IMG/VR virus record: IMGVR_UViG_3300045988_111421
Strand: one strand, 5' to 3'
Origin: a virus
DNA: 64,000 nt
Positions 27,763 through 37,087 of this stretch are shown in pieces; the stretch's first letter is position 1, and each line of letters starts with the position of its first letter. The position numbers were made by a program, and so were the translations under genes. The notes below the pieces were generated by a model, which was not told the DNA's origin, did no database searches, and was given only the letters and a program-made list of their open reading frames with translations.

Positions 27763-27978
27763 ATGAAGAAGAAAACTGACAAAATCAAAGTAGGTCAAAG
27801 ATACGAACATAAGAGCTACTTTGAGGATCCATTTGAAAGAGGCAAGCATGTGATTAAGATATTAGACATAAAAGAAGGGTACGCTCTATATGAGTACGAA
27901 GAAAAACTATATATACGTTCTTCTGTGAGTCTTGAAGATATTGCTAAAATATATGTTTTAATTACTGATATAAAATAA
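27763..27978 (+). CDS. Hypothetical protein (71 aa).
   Basis: ORF. Confidence 0.45.
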   Translation: MKKKTDKIKVGQRYEHKSYFEDPFERGKHVIKILDIKEGYALYEYEEKLYIRSSVSLEDIAKIYVLITDIK

Positions 27979-27984
27979 GGGATT

Positions 27985-28371
27985 ATGGAAAAGAAAGTCA
28001 CAATCAAAGAAGGAATGGATATTTTTTACAAAAATGCAGGGAAAGATATATGGGTCTATATTGGACTTTTTGGAAATAAAGTGCTATCCATTTTAAAAAA
28101 CAAAGGTGTTATTGCATGCGAAAACGATGCTGAATATTGCGTGTTGATGGATGGAGAAGATCATTTTATAAGTATAGCAAAAGACATGAGTCACGACTAT
28201 TGTTGTGAGTACGTTGTAGAAAGAGCAGAAGCCTACAGAGACTACCCCTCCAAAGGTGCTACATGCAGTGTATGCCTGTTTGAAGATAATGAGAATAAAG
28301 CAAGGGAGATGTTGAAAGAGGCGATAATAGAACTTTCAAAAAATAATATAATAGATTGCAATGGGCTTTGA
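27985..28371 (+). CDS. Hypothetical protein (128 aa).
   Basis: ORF. Confidence 0.5.
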   Translation: MEKKVTIKEGMDIFYKNAGKDIWVYIGLFGNKVLSILKNKGVIACENDAEYCVLMDGEDHFISIAKDMSHDYCCEYVVERAEAYRDYPSKGATCSVCLFEDNENKAREMLKEAIIELSKNNIIDCNGL

Positions 28372-29782
28372 ACTTAGACCTTACCAAAAAGAAGCAGTAG
28401 ATGCCGGGCTTAAGTTTCTTACAGGAAGATCTAAGAAGCCTGGCATAATCGTAGCCCCATGCGGATGTGGAAAGAGCCTTCTGATATCCAAGATAGCACA
28501 TGAAATAAATAGACCGACATTAGTATTACAGCCCTCAAAAGAGATTCTGGAGCAGAATTATGCAAAGGCCGTATCATTCGGTTCTAAACCTACTATATAT
28601 TCTGCTTCATGTGGTATAAAGGAGCTGTCGGCTATGACTTATGCTACACTTAAAAGCATAAAGAAAGACGTAGCAAGGTTGAAAGATATAGGGATAGATA
28701 CCTTATTGATAGACGAATGTCATTCAGGATATTCTCCTGAAGAAGGTTCTGAATTTATGGAGTTTATGAACGGGTTCCCAGAGGCGAAGGTGCTGGGCTT
28801 CACCGCCACTCCCTGCCGCCTCCAAACCTACAGTTCCATGCTGGAAGGAAACTATAGCAAGCTCAATATGCTGACGAAAGACGAGCATAACTTCTTCAAG
28901 AAAATAGTTCATGTGACTCAAATACAAGAACTAACTTCTCAAGGGTTTTGGTGTCCACTTAAGTACGAACGATGGTCGTTTGATGAATCGGCTCTGATGC
29001 TAAACAGTACCGGGGCTGAATACACCAACGAATCTATTAAAGAAAGTATTGTAAGAAATGGCTTAAACAACTCTATCTACAAGCGCCTTCTTCAACTTAT
29101 GAACGAACGTAAAGCCATTTTGGTCTGTATGGATTCTATCGAATCATGTAATAGAATATCAGAGTTCATGAATGCCAGGATGGGAGCCATAACCGGTGTC
29201 GTAACATCGCTAACAACCAAAAAGAAAAGAGAACAAATCATATCCGATTTCAAAGAAGGTAGGTTGAAGGTGGTTTTTAATTATTCAACGCTTGCTACCG
29301 GATTTGATTTTCCTGAACTTGATTGTGTGATGTTTGGTCGACCAACGTTCTCATATTCAACATATTACCAAATATTAGGCCGCGCCGTCCGCATCCATCC
29401 TGACAAGAAAGAGGCGTTGATAGTTGATTGCTGTGACAACATGAGGCGTTTCGGTCGGATAGAAGACCTGACAATTGAGCAATTCCCTTCTAAGGGCTGG
29501 TGTATGTTTGCCGGCGATCAACTTCTGTCTAATATAAGGATGGGTGATATTATTACCAAAGACGAGATCCTTCGTCGGGCAGCCTCGCTTAAATCTGTGA
29601 ATGGAGATGGTAGGAGAGAAGACGATCTTGACAGTATAATAATGTGGTTTGGAAAATATGAAGGAATTAGATTCAAGGACATACCGGTGTCGTATTTTAG
29701 GTTCTTGGCTGAGAATATGGCAGTAAAACCAGGAGATAGAAAAGAAAAGATTATCGAATATTATAATAGGATAAAGGCATGA
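28361..29782 (+). CDS. Superfamily 2 DNA/RNA helicase (473 aa).
   Basis: Motif I APCGCGKS, II DECH, III TATP, VI QILGRAVR. Confidence 0.7.
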   Translation: MGFELRPYQKEAVDAGLKFLTGRSKKPGIIVAPCGCGKSLLISKIAHEINRPTLVLQPSKEILEQNYAKAVSFGSKPTIYSASCGIKELSAMTYATLKSIKKDVARLKDIGIDTLLIDECHSGYSPEEGSEFMEFMNGFPEAKVLGFTATPCRLQTYSSMLEGNYSKLNMLTKDEHNFFKKIVHVTQIQELTSQGFWCPLKYERWSFDESALMLNSTGAEYTNESIKESIVRNGLNNSIYKRLLQLMNERKAILVCMDSIESCNRISEFMNARMGAITGVVTSLTTKKKREQIISDFKEGRLKVVFNYSTLATGFDFPELDCVMFGRPTFSYSTYYQILGRAVRIHPDKKEALIVDCCDNMRRFGRIEDLTIEQFPSKGWCMFAGDQLLSNIRMGDIITKDEILRRAASLKSVNGDGRREDDLDSIIMWFGKYEGIRFKDIPVSYFRFLAENMAVKPGDRKEKIIEYYNRIKA

Positions 29783-30135
29783 ACAACAAGAGAAGAAAAA
29801 AAATATCGGATGTTATTAACAACGTAAATAAGTACGAAACAGATTTTGAATACATCAAATCAAAGTTATCGGAGTTGAAGCACAACATAAATTCAGCCAA
29901 AGATGATGTTGATATGATTTTAGACGAAGAGACTGAGGCGAGAGATAATATACCGGAATCGTTACAAGACTCAGAAAGATATTGGGAATCAGATCAGGCT
30001 GTAACTGATATGGAGGAGGTGGTTGATGGCATGGAAAGTATTATAAATGATATAGATGATGTGATTTCGACCATAGATGGGAGCATTAAAACCATAAATG
30101 GTTCTATTAAAGTAAATTTGGAAGGAATAATATAA
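29779..30135 (+). CDS. Acidic hypothetical protein (118 aa).
   Basis: ORF. Confidence 0.5.
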   Translation: MNNKRRKKISDVINNVNKYETDFEYIKSKLSELKHNINSAKDDVDMILDEETEARDNIPESLQDSERYWESDQAVTDMEEVVDGMESIINDIDDVISTIDGSIKTINGSIKVNLEGII

Positions 30136-30423
30136 ATGGAAACAAATGAATTAAGGGAAATACTTAAATTGTATGGTCTTCAACATGATGTTGTTATCAA
30201 CAAAAGTTCAAGAAGGTATTCCATTGTATTGGATAACAATATAATAGGAACCAACCACGCCGAAGAGAGGGTGGTTGTATTCCGTCCTGTACCAGAAGGG
30301 AAAAACACATTCTGCATGGAACGAGATAGATTTTATACGGAGTTTGAAGAAGCTTTTGATGATGATAAAGCCATAGAAGCCGTAAGACAATATTTTGAAA
30401 ACAACAAAAACAGAAAGTCATGA
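30136..30423 (+). CDS. Hypothetical protein (95 aa).
   Basis: ORF. Confidence 0.5.
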   Translation: METNELREILKLYGLQHDVVINKSSRRYSIVLDNNIIGTNHAEERVVVFRPVPEGKNTFCMERDRFYTEFEEAFDDDKAIEAVRQYFENNKNRKS

Positions 30424-30758
30424 ACGAAAATGAAGTATTTAGATTAAAGGGCAGAATAGCCATATCCAACCTATCACGTGAGGACAAGGATATGATAAAT
30501 AGCATCCTTGATGGTATTAACAAAAAGGATGAAGATGAAAAAGGGTATGTCTATACCGTGAGAGTAAAACTAAACAACGGAAAGGTTGTACATGCTACTT
30601 TATTTTTCAAAGACAAGAAAGGTCCCACATTTGAAGACTTAAAGAAGGAGCTTGATGATATGGGAGTTAAAAGTGATAATTATAGCAATAACGGCATAAT
30701 TATCATTAACCGCATTGTCATGAGCGGAGAAGAATTTGACCGCTTTACAGGAGAATGA
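30420..30758 (+). CDS. Hypothetical protein (112 aa).
   Basis: ORF. Confidence 0.5.
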   Translation: MNENEVFRLKGRIAISNLSREDKDMINSILDGINKKDEDEKGYVYTVRVKLNNGKVVHATLFFKDKKGPTFEDLKKELDDMGVKSDNYSNNGIIIINRIVMSGEEFDRFTGE

Positions 30759-30802
30759 TGGATTATATTATTATATCAAGCGATTAAAACAACGATAAAA
30801 CA

Positions 30803-31360
30803 ATGGAAAAGATGGACAATAATACTAAAAACATCCTTTATCCAAAAGGATCTATTTTTCGCATGTTGGAAAGTGATGTAATCAGTTCCGAATTAGAAAT
30901 AGCCAGAGGAGCTATAGTGGAGGCAGTATCAGACATAGAGGTAGATGATGAATATGCTGAGGTTTGTTGCAATGGAGAGACGTTTATCGTAGGAACGGAC
31001 ATTATGGGTATTATTCCTGTCAAAGTATCCAGAGAAAACAAATCGGTGAAAAATGACATCATTGACGATAAACTACGATGGGATTTACTTCCAATGGAAG
31101 AGATTGAGGACATTGTAAAAGTCTATCATGCCGGAGCCAAAAAGTACGATCCTAATACTTGGCAGAATCTTGACAACGGATTTGAACGGTATCGAGCTGC
31201 AATGTTTCGACACCTGATGGAATACATGAAAGGAGAAAGAATGGATTCCGATACAGGATGTTTTCATCTTGCACAATGTGCATGGAACTGCATAGCTATG
31301 CTGTGGTATGACAAGCACGGGAAAGGATTAATACCAATAAATAAGGAGGAAAAGAAATGA
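30803..31360 (+). CDS. Hypothetical protein (185 aa).
   Basis: ORF. Confidence 0.5.
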   Translation: MEKMDNNTKNILYPKGSIFRMLESDVISSELEIARGAIVEAVSDIEVDDEYAEVCCNGETFIVGTDIMGIIPVKVSRENKSVKNDIIDDKLRWDLLPMEEIEDIVKVYHAGAKKYDPNTWQNLDNGFERYRAAMFRHLMEYMKGERMDSDTGCFHLAQCAWNCIAMLWYDKHGKGLIPINKEEKK

Positions 31361-31665
31361 CAATAGAACAACTAAATTATTTATTAAGAAAAGAGCTTTA
31401 TGCTATAAAAAACCATAAAGACAATATTGATAGAATCAAAAAAGAATATTTTGATTCCAATTATGGATTAAAAGAAGGAGATAAGATCCGTATTTTACAC
31501 GAAACAGGAGATGAAATGATAGGCTTCTTGAAAAAAGTTGAAGTATGTGAAGACGGAGATCTGTACTTGACAATCCAAAAACAAAACGAAAAAGGTGACA
31601 GAGGCAGAAGAACATGGAATATGTATCTATCATCAAAATCAATTAAAATTGAAAAATGTGTATAA
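31357..31665 (+). CDS. Hypothetical protein (102 aa).
   Basis: ORF. Confidence 0.5.
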   Translation: MTIEQLNYLLRKELYAIKNHKDNIDRIKKEYFDSNYGLKEGDKIRILHETGDEMIGFLKKVEVCEDGDLYLTIQKQNEKGDRGRRTWNMYLSSKSIKIEKCV

Positions 31666-31666
31666 T

Positions 31667-32795
31667 GCCATGAGAGTGTTAAGTTTATTTGACGGAATGT
31701 CATGTGGTCAAATAGCGTTAAAAGAAATAGGGATTACACCTGAAGTATATTATGCATCAGAAATAGATAAGTTTGCTATTAAACAAACGCAATTAAATTT
31801 CCCTAATACTATACAAGTAGGAGATGTAAGGGATTTGAATGTAGAAGATCTTGGACACATAGATCTTATTTTAGCCGGCAGCCCATGTACAGATATGTCC
31901 TTTTCTGGAAAAAGAAAAGGGTTGTCTACCGTAGAAGGAATAGAAATCAAATCACTTAATGAGTATCTTGAATTAAAAAAACAAGGATTTGAGTTTTCCG
32001 GTCAGTCTTACTTATTCTGGGAGTTTATCCGTATTTTGAATGATGTAAGAAAAACTAATCCCGATGTGTTGTTTCTTCTTGAGAACGTTAAGATGGGAAA
32101 GAAATGGGAGCCGGTATTTGATAATGCTATAGGGTGTAAAGGCAATCATATTAATTCAGCGCTTGTTTCCGCTCAAACCAGGAAACGTATTTATTGGACT
32201 AATATTCAAGGCGGCATTATCCCTCAGCCTAAAGACGAGGGTTTGACCATAAGTGATATATCTGAATATGAAGTAGATGAAAAATATTACTTATCTGAAA
32301 AAGTTTTAAACAATTTAGCTTTTCACTTGAAAAGAAATCACGACAAGGGGAATTATTATGGAGCTAATATTAAAACAAAAGATGAAAAATCCAATACTGT
32401 TACCGTAAAGGGTAAATACACGTACGATCTTATTTGTGTAGCAATGAGAGGTAGGAATCCAGAAAAACCTACATGTAGAGAATCTGGTCTCACAACAGTT
32501 CAGAAAGATAATCTTATTTTCCAAATACCAAGAGGATTTAACAAAGGTGGATTTCATGAAGATAAGGCTCCAACATTATCTTGTAATTCATATGATAGAA
32601 ACAATTTTATCATACAGAGAACATTACATGGCGATTTTCAGAATAAGAAGATTAACCCCTACAGCGTGCTCCAGGTTACAGACTGTACCAGATTGGTATA
32701 AATGGGAATGCAGCGAAACCCAACAGTACAAGATGTTGGGAAACGGGTGGACTATTAAAGTTATTGAACATATACTTAAAAGAATAAAAGAATAA
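31667..32795 (+). pseudogene. C5-cytosine DNA methyltransferase split by a +1 frame change near 32630-32650. Motifs I-VIII lie in ORF 31595..32701 and motifs IX-X in ORF 32547..32795.
   Basis: LFDGMSCG (motif I), GSPCTDMS (motif IV PC), ENVKM (motif VI) in frame 2. RRLTPTACSRLQTVPDWY and YKMLGNGWTIKV (motifs IX/X) in frame 3. Confidence 0.55.
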
Positions 32796-33337
32796 TGATT
32801 AGAGCAAGATTTTACATTAAAAAATCCGACTGCGATAACGACTACCGTCCAGTCAAATGGCCTATAAAATATCCATATTGGTGTAGTGGTGAATCCGATG
32901 ATTCATTCATACTTGTAGCGTATGCCGAAGACGAAGACAGCATAAAAGAGCTGTGGCCGGAAGCATACGATATTAATGTCTTAGAAAAAGATACTGAGGT
33001 TAAATTCACATTAAGATTTCCTAAGCCTAAATGGTATGAATTGCAAGAAGAGAGATTAGAAGAGTATGATAAATTATATGGTAAATTCGTATGGGTTACG
33101 GACATGTGTCTAAAAGATGGGAAAATAAGAAAGGTAAAAGCCAGAATAGAAGATTGTGGTGGTCTTTTATTAGCCGACACTCCTGGTCGTTACACCCCTT
33201 ATCAGATAGGGGATTGTGCTTTTGAAAGCAAGGAAGAGGCTTTAAAACATGCAGAGGAACAGAGAACGGATTTAATTAAGTCTCTTAAGTTACAAATACA
33301 CGAACTTGAAAATCTAAAATTTAAATGCGATGATTGA
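32795..33337 (+). CDS. Hypothetical protein (180 aa).
   Basis: ORF. Confidence 0.55.
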   Translation: MIRARFYIKKSDCDNDYRPVKWPIKYPYWCSGESDDSFILVAYAEDEDSIKELWPEAYDINVLEKDTEVKFTLRFPKPKWYELQEERLEEYDKLYGKFVWVTDMCLKDGKIRKVKARIEDCGGLLLADTPGRYTPYQIGDCAFESKEEALKHAEEQRTDLIKSLKLQIHELENLKFKCDD

Positions 33338-33390
33338 ATAATTTGATTATTTTACAAATAACGATTACATTTACGATATAAATCATTCAA

Positions 33391-34581
33391 ATGAGATTAG
33401 TTGAAAGGCATATAGTTAAAGACAACCGGTTTGAGGATATTTGCTTCAAATCCGGCTTGTTATATAATTATGTTCTTTACAACATTCGTCAAGGAATCTT
33501 TTCAGGTAACTATTTAAAGGAATTTGATTTATCAAACAAACTTTGCAAAGAAAACCAATTCGATTTCAGGAATTTACCTAATCATGTATCCCAACAGGTG
33601 ATTAAACAGGTATTTAAAAACATAAAATCCTGGATAAAACTCAAGAAGGATTTTGAAAAGAATCCTTCTAAATACGGAAATCATAGACCTCACCTTCCAT
33701 CATACAAACAAGGTAAGAAACAAAACATGGTTGTTTTCACCAACTGCAATTGTAGGGTAAAGGGTGATAATTGTATTTATTTTGTTAAAGATATAATCAA
33801 ACCTATCAAAACAAATGTAAAGAAAGACGAACTAAAACAAGTTAGAATAATCCCTCAAGCTACATGTTATGTAGTAGAGGTAGTTTATGAAAGAAAGGAA
33901 ACTGATCTTGGTTTAAACAAAGACAATTTTCTTTCGATTGATTTAGGATTGAATAATTTATGTTCATGTATTAGTAATGTAGAAACTAATTCTTTCATTA
34001 TAAACGGACGGGTTATGAAATCAGTAAATCAGTGATACAATAAGAAGAAAGCTAAGTTGATGTCTTTTATTGGTAATAAGGGAACTTCAAATAGAATAAG
34101 AAAAATTACTTTGTTTAGAAATTGTTGGATAGAAGACAAATTGCATAAAATCAGTAGATACATTGTAGACTTTTGTAAATCTAACAATATAGGAACAATC
34201 ATCATTGGATTAAACAAAGAATGGAAAAACGAGATAAATATCGGTAAAAGGAATAACCAACATTTTGTTTCTATTCCTCATTCTAAATTGATTGATAAGA
34301 TTGTTTACAAAGCAAATCTTTTAGGGATAGAGGTAATTACTCATGAGGAATCTTACACATCAAAGATTGACCATCTTGCTTTTGAACCTCTAAAGAAACA
34401 AGAATCCTATTTAGGGAAAAGAAAGAAACGTGGATTATTCCAAAGTTCCGTTGGAAAGCTAATTAATGCTGATATTAATGGAGCTATAGGAATAGCAAGA
34501 AAAGTAGTCGGTGATTCTTTCATTGGAAAGATAATCGATAGTGGATTTGTGTTTAATCCGGTTAGAATAAATATTTTGTGA
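33391..34581 (+). mobile_element. tnpB: IS200/IS605-family TnpB (OrfB) RuvC-like nuclease gene, with no tnpA. It is interrupted by a single in-frame TGA at 34033-34035. The Zn-finger cysteines are replaced (RGLFQSSVGKLINAD).
   Basis: RuvC-I SIDLGLNNL, RuvC-II HEESYTSKID, RuvC-III NADINGAIGIARK. Both ORF-track pieces (33391..34035, 34057..34581) are in the same frame. Confidence 0.75.
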
Positions 34582-34588
34582 TATAAGG

Positions 34589-35335
34589 TTGAATCTAATG
34601 AATAAAATGAATAATTTTAATAACATTAACTACGCAGCAAAAGCCAGAAGAGCTTATTTGATAAATAATTTCGATAAGATTCTTAACAGTCTTAACACGC
34701 TTCATTCAACGGTTGAGACCATGACATTGTTCGTAAACGACCAGGCTTATAATTACATTCTTAAGCTAAAGGAAGTAATTAAAACCAGTCCTATGTATAA
34801 GCACAATATCAAGCGTCTTTTAAATGACATGGACAAAGAGATAAAGAGGTACAATGCTTCTATCTACTACATAAATAAAGAGCGTAGTGAGGTTATAGCT
34901 GATATAACACAAGCGATGGAAGATTGCCTCATGCCATACATAGACGACCTGGCCGGCGCTATAAGGGCAGCCGTGTGGTCGAGGGGTGTGTCCGAGGAGC
35001 GGACGGAAGCGGCGGTACTGTCCCTAATCGTATCCTCCTTGGCCACGACATCAGGCAGACTTATTTCAGGTGGATATCAGATCATGAAAGAAATGGGTGG
35101 TGGATGGGGTGGTAATCCATTTACGTTTATGAGCATTGATAAGATAAGACACTTATCTACATCATTATCTGATGCTATTACCGGTGGAGAAATAGCTCTT
35201 GAAGAAAAAGAAGCCAATGACATAACTAAGGCAATGGATGTTTTTATTGAGAAAATGTCTGATTCGGATATTGTTGATAAGGTAATTAGCATACTCGAAG
35301 AGGCAGAATCTAAAAACAAGGAGGAGCGATCGTGA
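34589..35335 (+). CDS. Hypothetical protein (248 aa or fewer; the start is uncertain) with a GC-rich internal segment.
   Basis: ORF begins 8 nt after the TnpB stop. Confidence 0.45.
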   Translation: MNLMNKMNNFNNINYAAKARRAYLINNFDKILNSLNTLHSTVETMTLFVNDQAYNYILKLKEVIKTSPMYKHNIKRLLNDMDKEIKRYNASIYYINKERSEVIADITQAMEDCLMPYIDDLAGAIRAAVWSRGVSEERTEAAVLSLIVSSLATTSGRLISGGYQIMKEMGGGWGGNPFTFMSIDKIRHLSTSLSDAITGGEIALEEKEANDITKAMDVFIEKMSDSDIVDKVISILEEAESKNKEERS

Positions 35336-35523
35336 ATTATTTGGATGGGTATGTAGAAGAAGTTCTTTCCGAGCCGTACTATGATGATTACGGCTCTGGG
35401 ATTTTTAGGTGGTGGGTAAAAGTATCTTACGTTTGTGAAGGCATAGGAGCTGTCACTACCTTAATGTTTGATACAAGAGAAGAAGCGGAAGCAGTAAAAA
35501 CAGGTTATAAATTTTTATGTTGA
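35332..35523 (+). CDS. Hypothetical protein (63 aa).
   Basis: ORF. Confidence 0.4.
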   Translation: MNYLDGYVEEVLSEPYYDDYGSGIFRWWVKVSYVCEGIGAVTTLMFDTREEAEAVKTGYKFLC

Positions 35524-35529
35524 AAAAAT

Positions 35530-35766
35530 ATGAGGTATTTTATTTTATTGATGGCACTTGTGTTATCATCATGTTCGCATGATGATAGTCAGGTTAATAA
35601 CGGATGGGTTATATATGATCTACGTCCTTTAGAAGATGGATGTATAATGTATTATGGTGAAGACGAAAGAATTTCAATATTTTATAATAATAGGCTTATA
35701 AAATTCGTTGGACGCCAAGGGGAATACAATATCGGAGATTCTATTAAGATCGTAAAAGTGAAATAA
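35530..35766 (+). CDS. Small lipoprotein candidate (78 aa).
   Basis: MRYFILLMALVLSSCSHDD has a signal peptide plus a lipobox-like LSSC. Confidence 0.45.
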   Translation: MRYFILLMALVLSSCSHDDSQVNNGWVIYDLRPLEDGCIMYYGEDERISIFYNNRLIKFVGRQGEYNIGDSIKIVKVK

Positions 35767-35767
35767 T

Positions 35768-36256
35768 ATGGAAAATAATTTAAAACTCGTATGCCCAAAA
35801 TGTGGCACCCCTCACCAGCCTCATTCTCCGCACACGATGGATGCAGATGGATTTGAAAGGAGTGAGATAAGAACTGTCATGGAAGACAGGGGATGGTGCT
35901 ACGAATGCTCTTTTTGGCAAAACTTGTACGACAAGCACAAAGACGATCCTGGATGGGTTAGGATAGACGGTGTAAGCTGGGTGCTTAAGCCTATGGTGGA
36001 AAACGTACCGAGCGGATGGAACAGCCTTGGATGTGGTGGAAGAAAAATGTATATCAATATCGAAGGGAAAGGCATTGTTACATCAAATAACTGCTGGTGT
36101 CAAGGTGATGTTTCGGACGCATTCAAGGATCTTATGCCTGATAATGCTACTTGGGCTACGAAGGAGGAATTTGACAAAGCTCCTGTAGTAGGACATATCA
36201 TAGAAGGTATTGGTTTAGTTTTCACAGATAGGGGAGGTCATGAAGTTAATGCTTAG
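35768..36256 (+). CDS. Zn-ribbon protein (162 aa; CPKCG...H..H). Last gene of the + block.
   Basis: ORF. Confidence 0.5.
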   Translation: MENNLKLVCPKCGTPHQPHSPHTMDADGFERSEIRTVMEDRGWCYECSFWQNLYDKHKDDPGWVRIDGVSWVLKPMVENVPSGWNSLGCGGRKMYINIEGKGIVTSNNCWCQGDVSDAFKDLMPDNATWATKEEFDKAPVVGHIIEGIGLVFTDRGGHEVNA

Positions 36257-36299
36257 AAACTTATTTCATGTTCTGCTTATACAAGAAAAGATGGTAACT

Positions 36300-36346
36300 A
36301 CAACAGTCCCCAACCATACAATAGGCGTACGGTTGGGGACTGTTGT
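36300..36346. terminator. Bidirectional terminator candidate: perfect 16-bp inverted repeat ACAACAGTCCCCAACC / GGTTGGGGACTGTTGT with a 15-nt loop, at the convergence point of the two blocks.
   Basis: Read directly. Lies between the last + gene and the first - gene. Confidence 0.65.
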
Positions 36347-37083
36347 CATATCGTAAAATTAAGTGTTTTTTCTAATATCAGGTATTCAGTATGAACTTTA
36401 CTTCCGTCATCATCTATCAAGTCCAAATTAATATAAGCTGTATATGATACATGATGATCACCAGGAGCAAGACGTTCCATTTCTGATAAGAACATAGAAT
36501 TTAAACCTTGGCCAGACCATGATTCTGGATATGGCAAAGGTGTAAAGTCGGCGTCTGTACATCTTACAACCCAAGTAAGATTAGGATCTGCCCTAACTAT
36601 TCTATCATGAGGTCCATCAATTACAAGATCTGGCATCTCATATTGGTAACTATCATAATTAAGGACAATAGGATCACCAAAGTTTACACCGTATATAGCA
36701 GCAGGTGGAGTAAAGCTTGTTATTAAAAAGGTTCTATTAATCCTATTGGTTGTTCTTAGCGTAAACTCATCAGGTACTATCACACTTACTCTAAATCCAT
36801 AATAAGGAGAGGTTGTTAAAGCAATAGCAAGAACCACCGAATCCTGTTCAAGCAATTCCTCTGTCGTATCAACCTGACTATCGATCTCTTGCCTATCTTC
36901 CATTGGAACACCGCCTTGGACACTTATGGAATCCAGCCGTTCTTTTTTAGACAGAAAGATAAATTGCCCACCCTGTGGAATGGTGCCTACTTTCTTTCCT
37001 TCTACGATTACCCCCCCCCCTATACAATCGCTAACTATCTTATACTCATATAGTTTAGCATTATTTTCAAATCTTCTTCTCAT
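36346..37083 (-). CDS. Hypothetical protein (245 aa), possible fibre/receptor-binding-type protein. Contains a G10 homopolymer in codons ~22-25.
   Basis: ORF. Fibre assignment rests only on its position at the end of the virion block. Confidence 0.55.
   Translation of the reverse strand: MRRRFENNAKLYEYKIVSDCIGGGVIVEGKKVGTIPQGGQFIFLSKKERLDSISVQGGVPMEDRQEIDSQVDTTEELLEQDSVVLAIALTTSPYYGFRVSVIVPDEFTLRTTNRINRTFLITSFTPPAAIYGVNFGDPIVLNYDSYQYEMPDLVIDGPHDRIVRADPNLTWVVRCTDADFTPLPYPESWSGQGLNSMFLSEMERLAPGDHHVSYTAYINLDLIDDDGSKVHTEYLILEKTLNFTI
37011..37020 (-). repeat. Homopolymeric G10 (C10 on the + strand) tract inside the 5' end of CDS 36346..37083. It encodes Gly-Gly-Gly.
   Basis: Ten consecutive C on the + strand, read directly. 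Flanks are AT-rich. Confidence 0.9.
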
Positions 37084-37087
37084 AATT

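Noticed and set aside
33391-34581. Genome-wide TGA reassignment (for example TGA = Trp/Gly) as the explanation for the in-frame TGA in TnpB.
   Set aside because: Many genes end with TGA, including numerous ATGA start/stop overlaps. The giant late ORFs are intact under the standard code. Recoding, if any, would have to be site-specific.
35332-35766. TGA readthrough joining ORFs 35332..35523 and 35530..35766 (same frame, single TGA).
   Set aside because: The downstream ORF starts with its own signal peptide/lipobox (MRYFILLMALVLSSCS), so it is an independent gene. The same logic makes readthrough at 13953 (13744..13953 / 13960..14175) unsupported.
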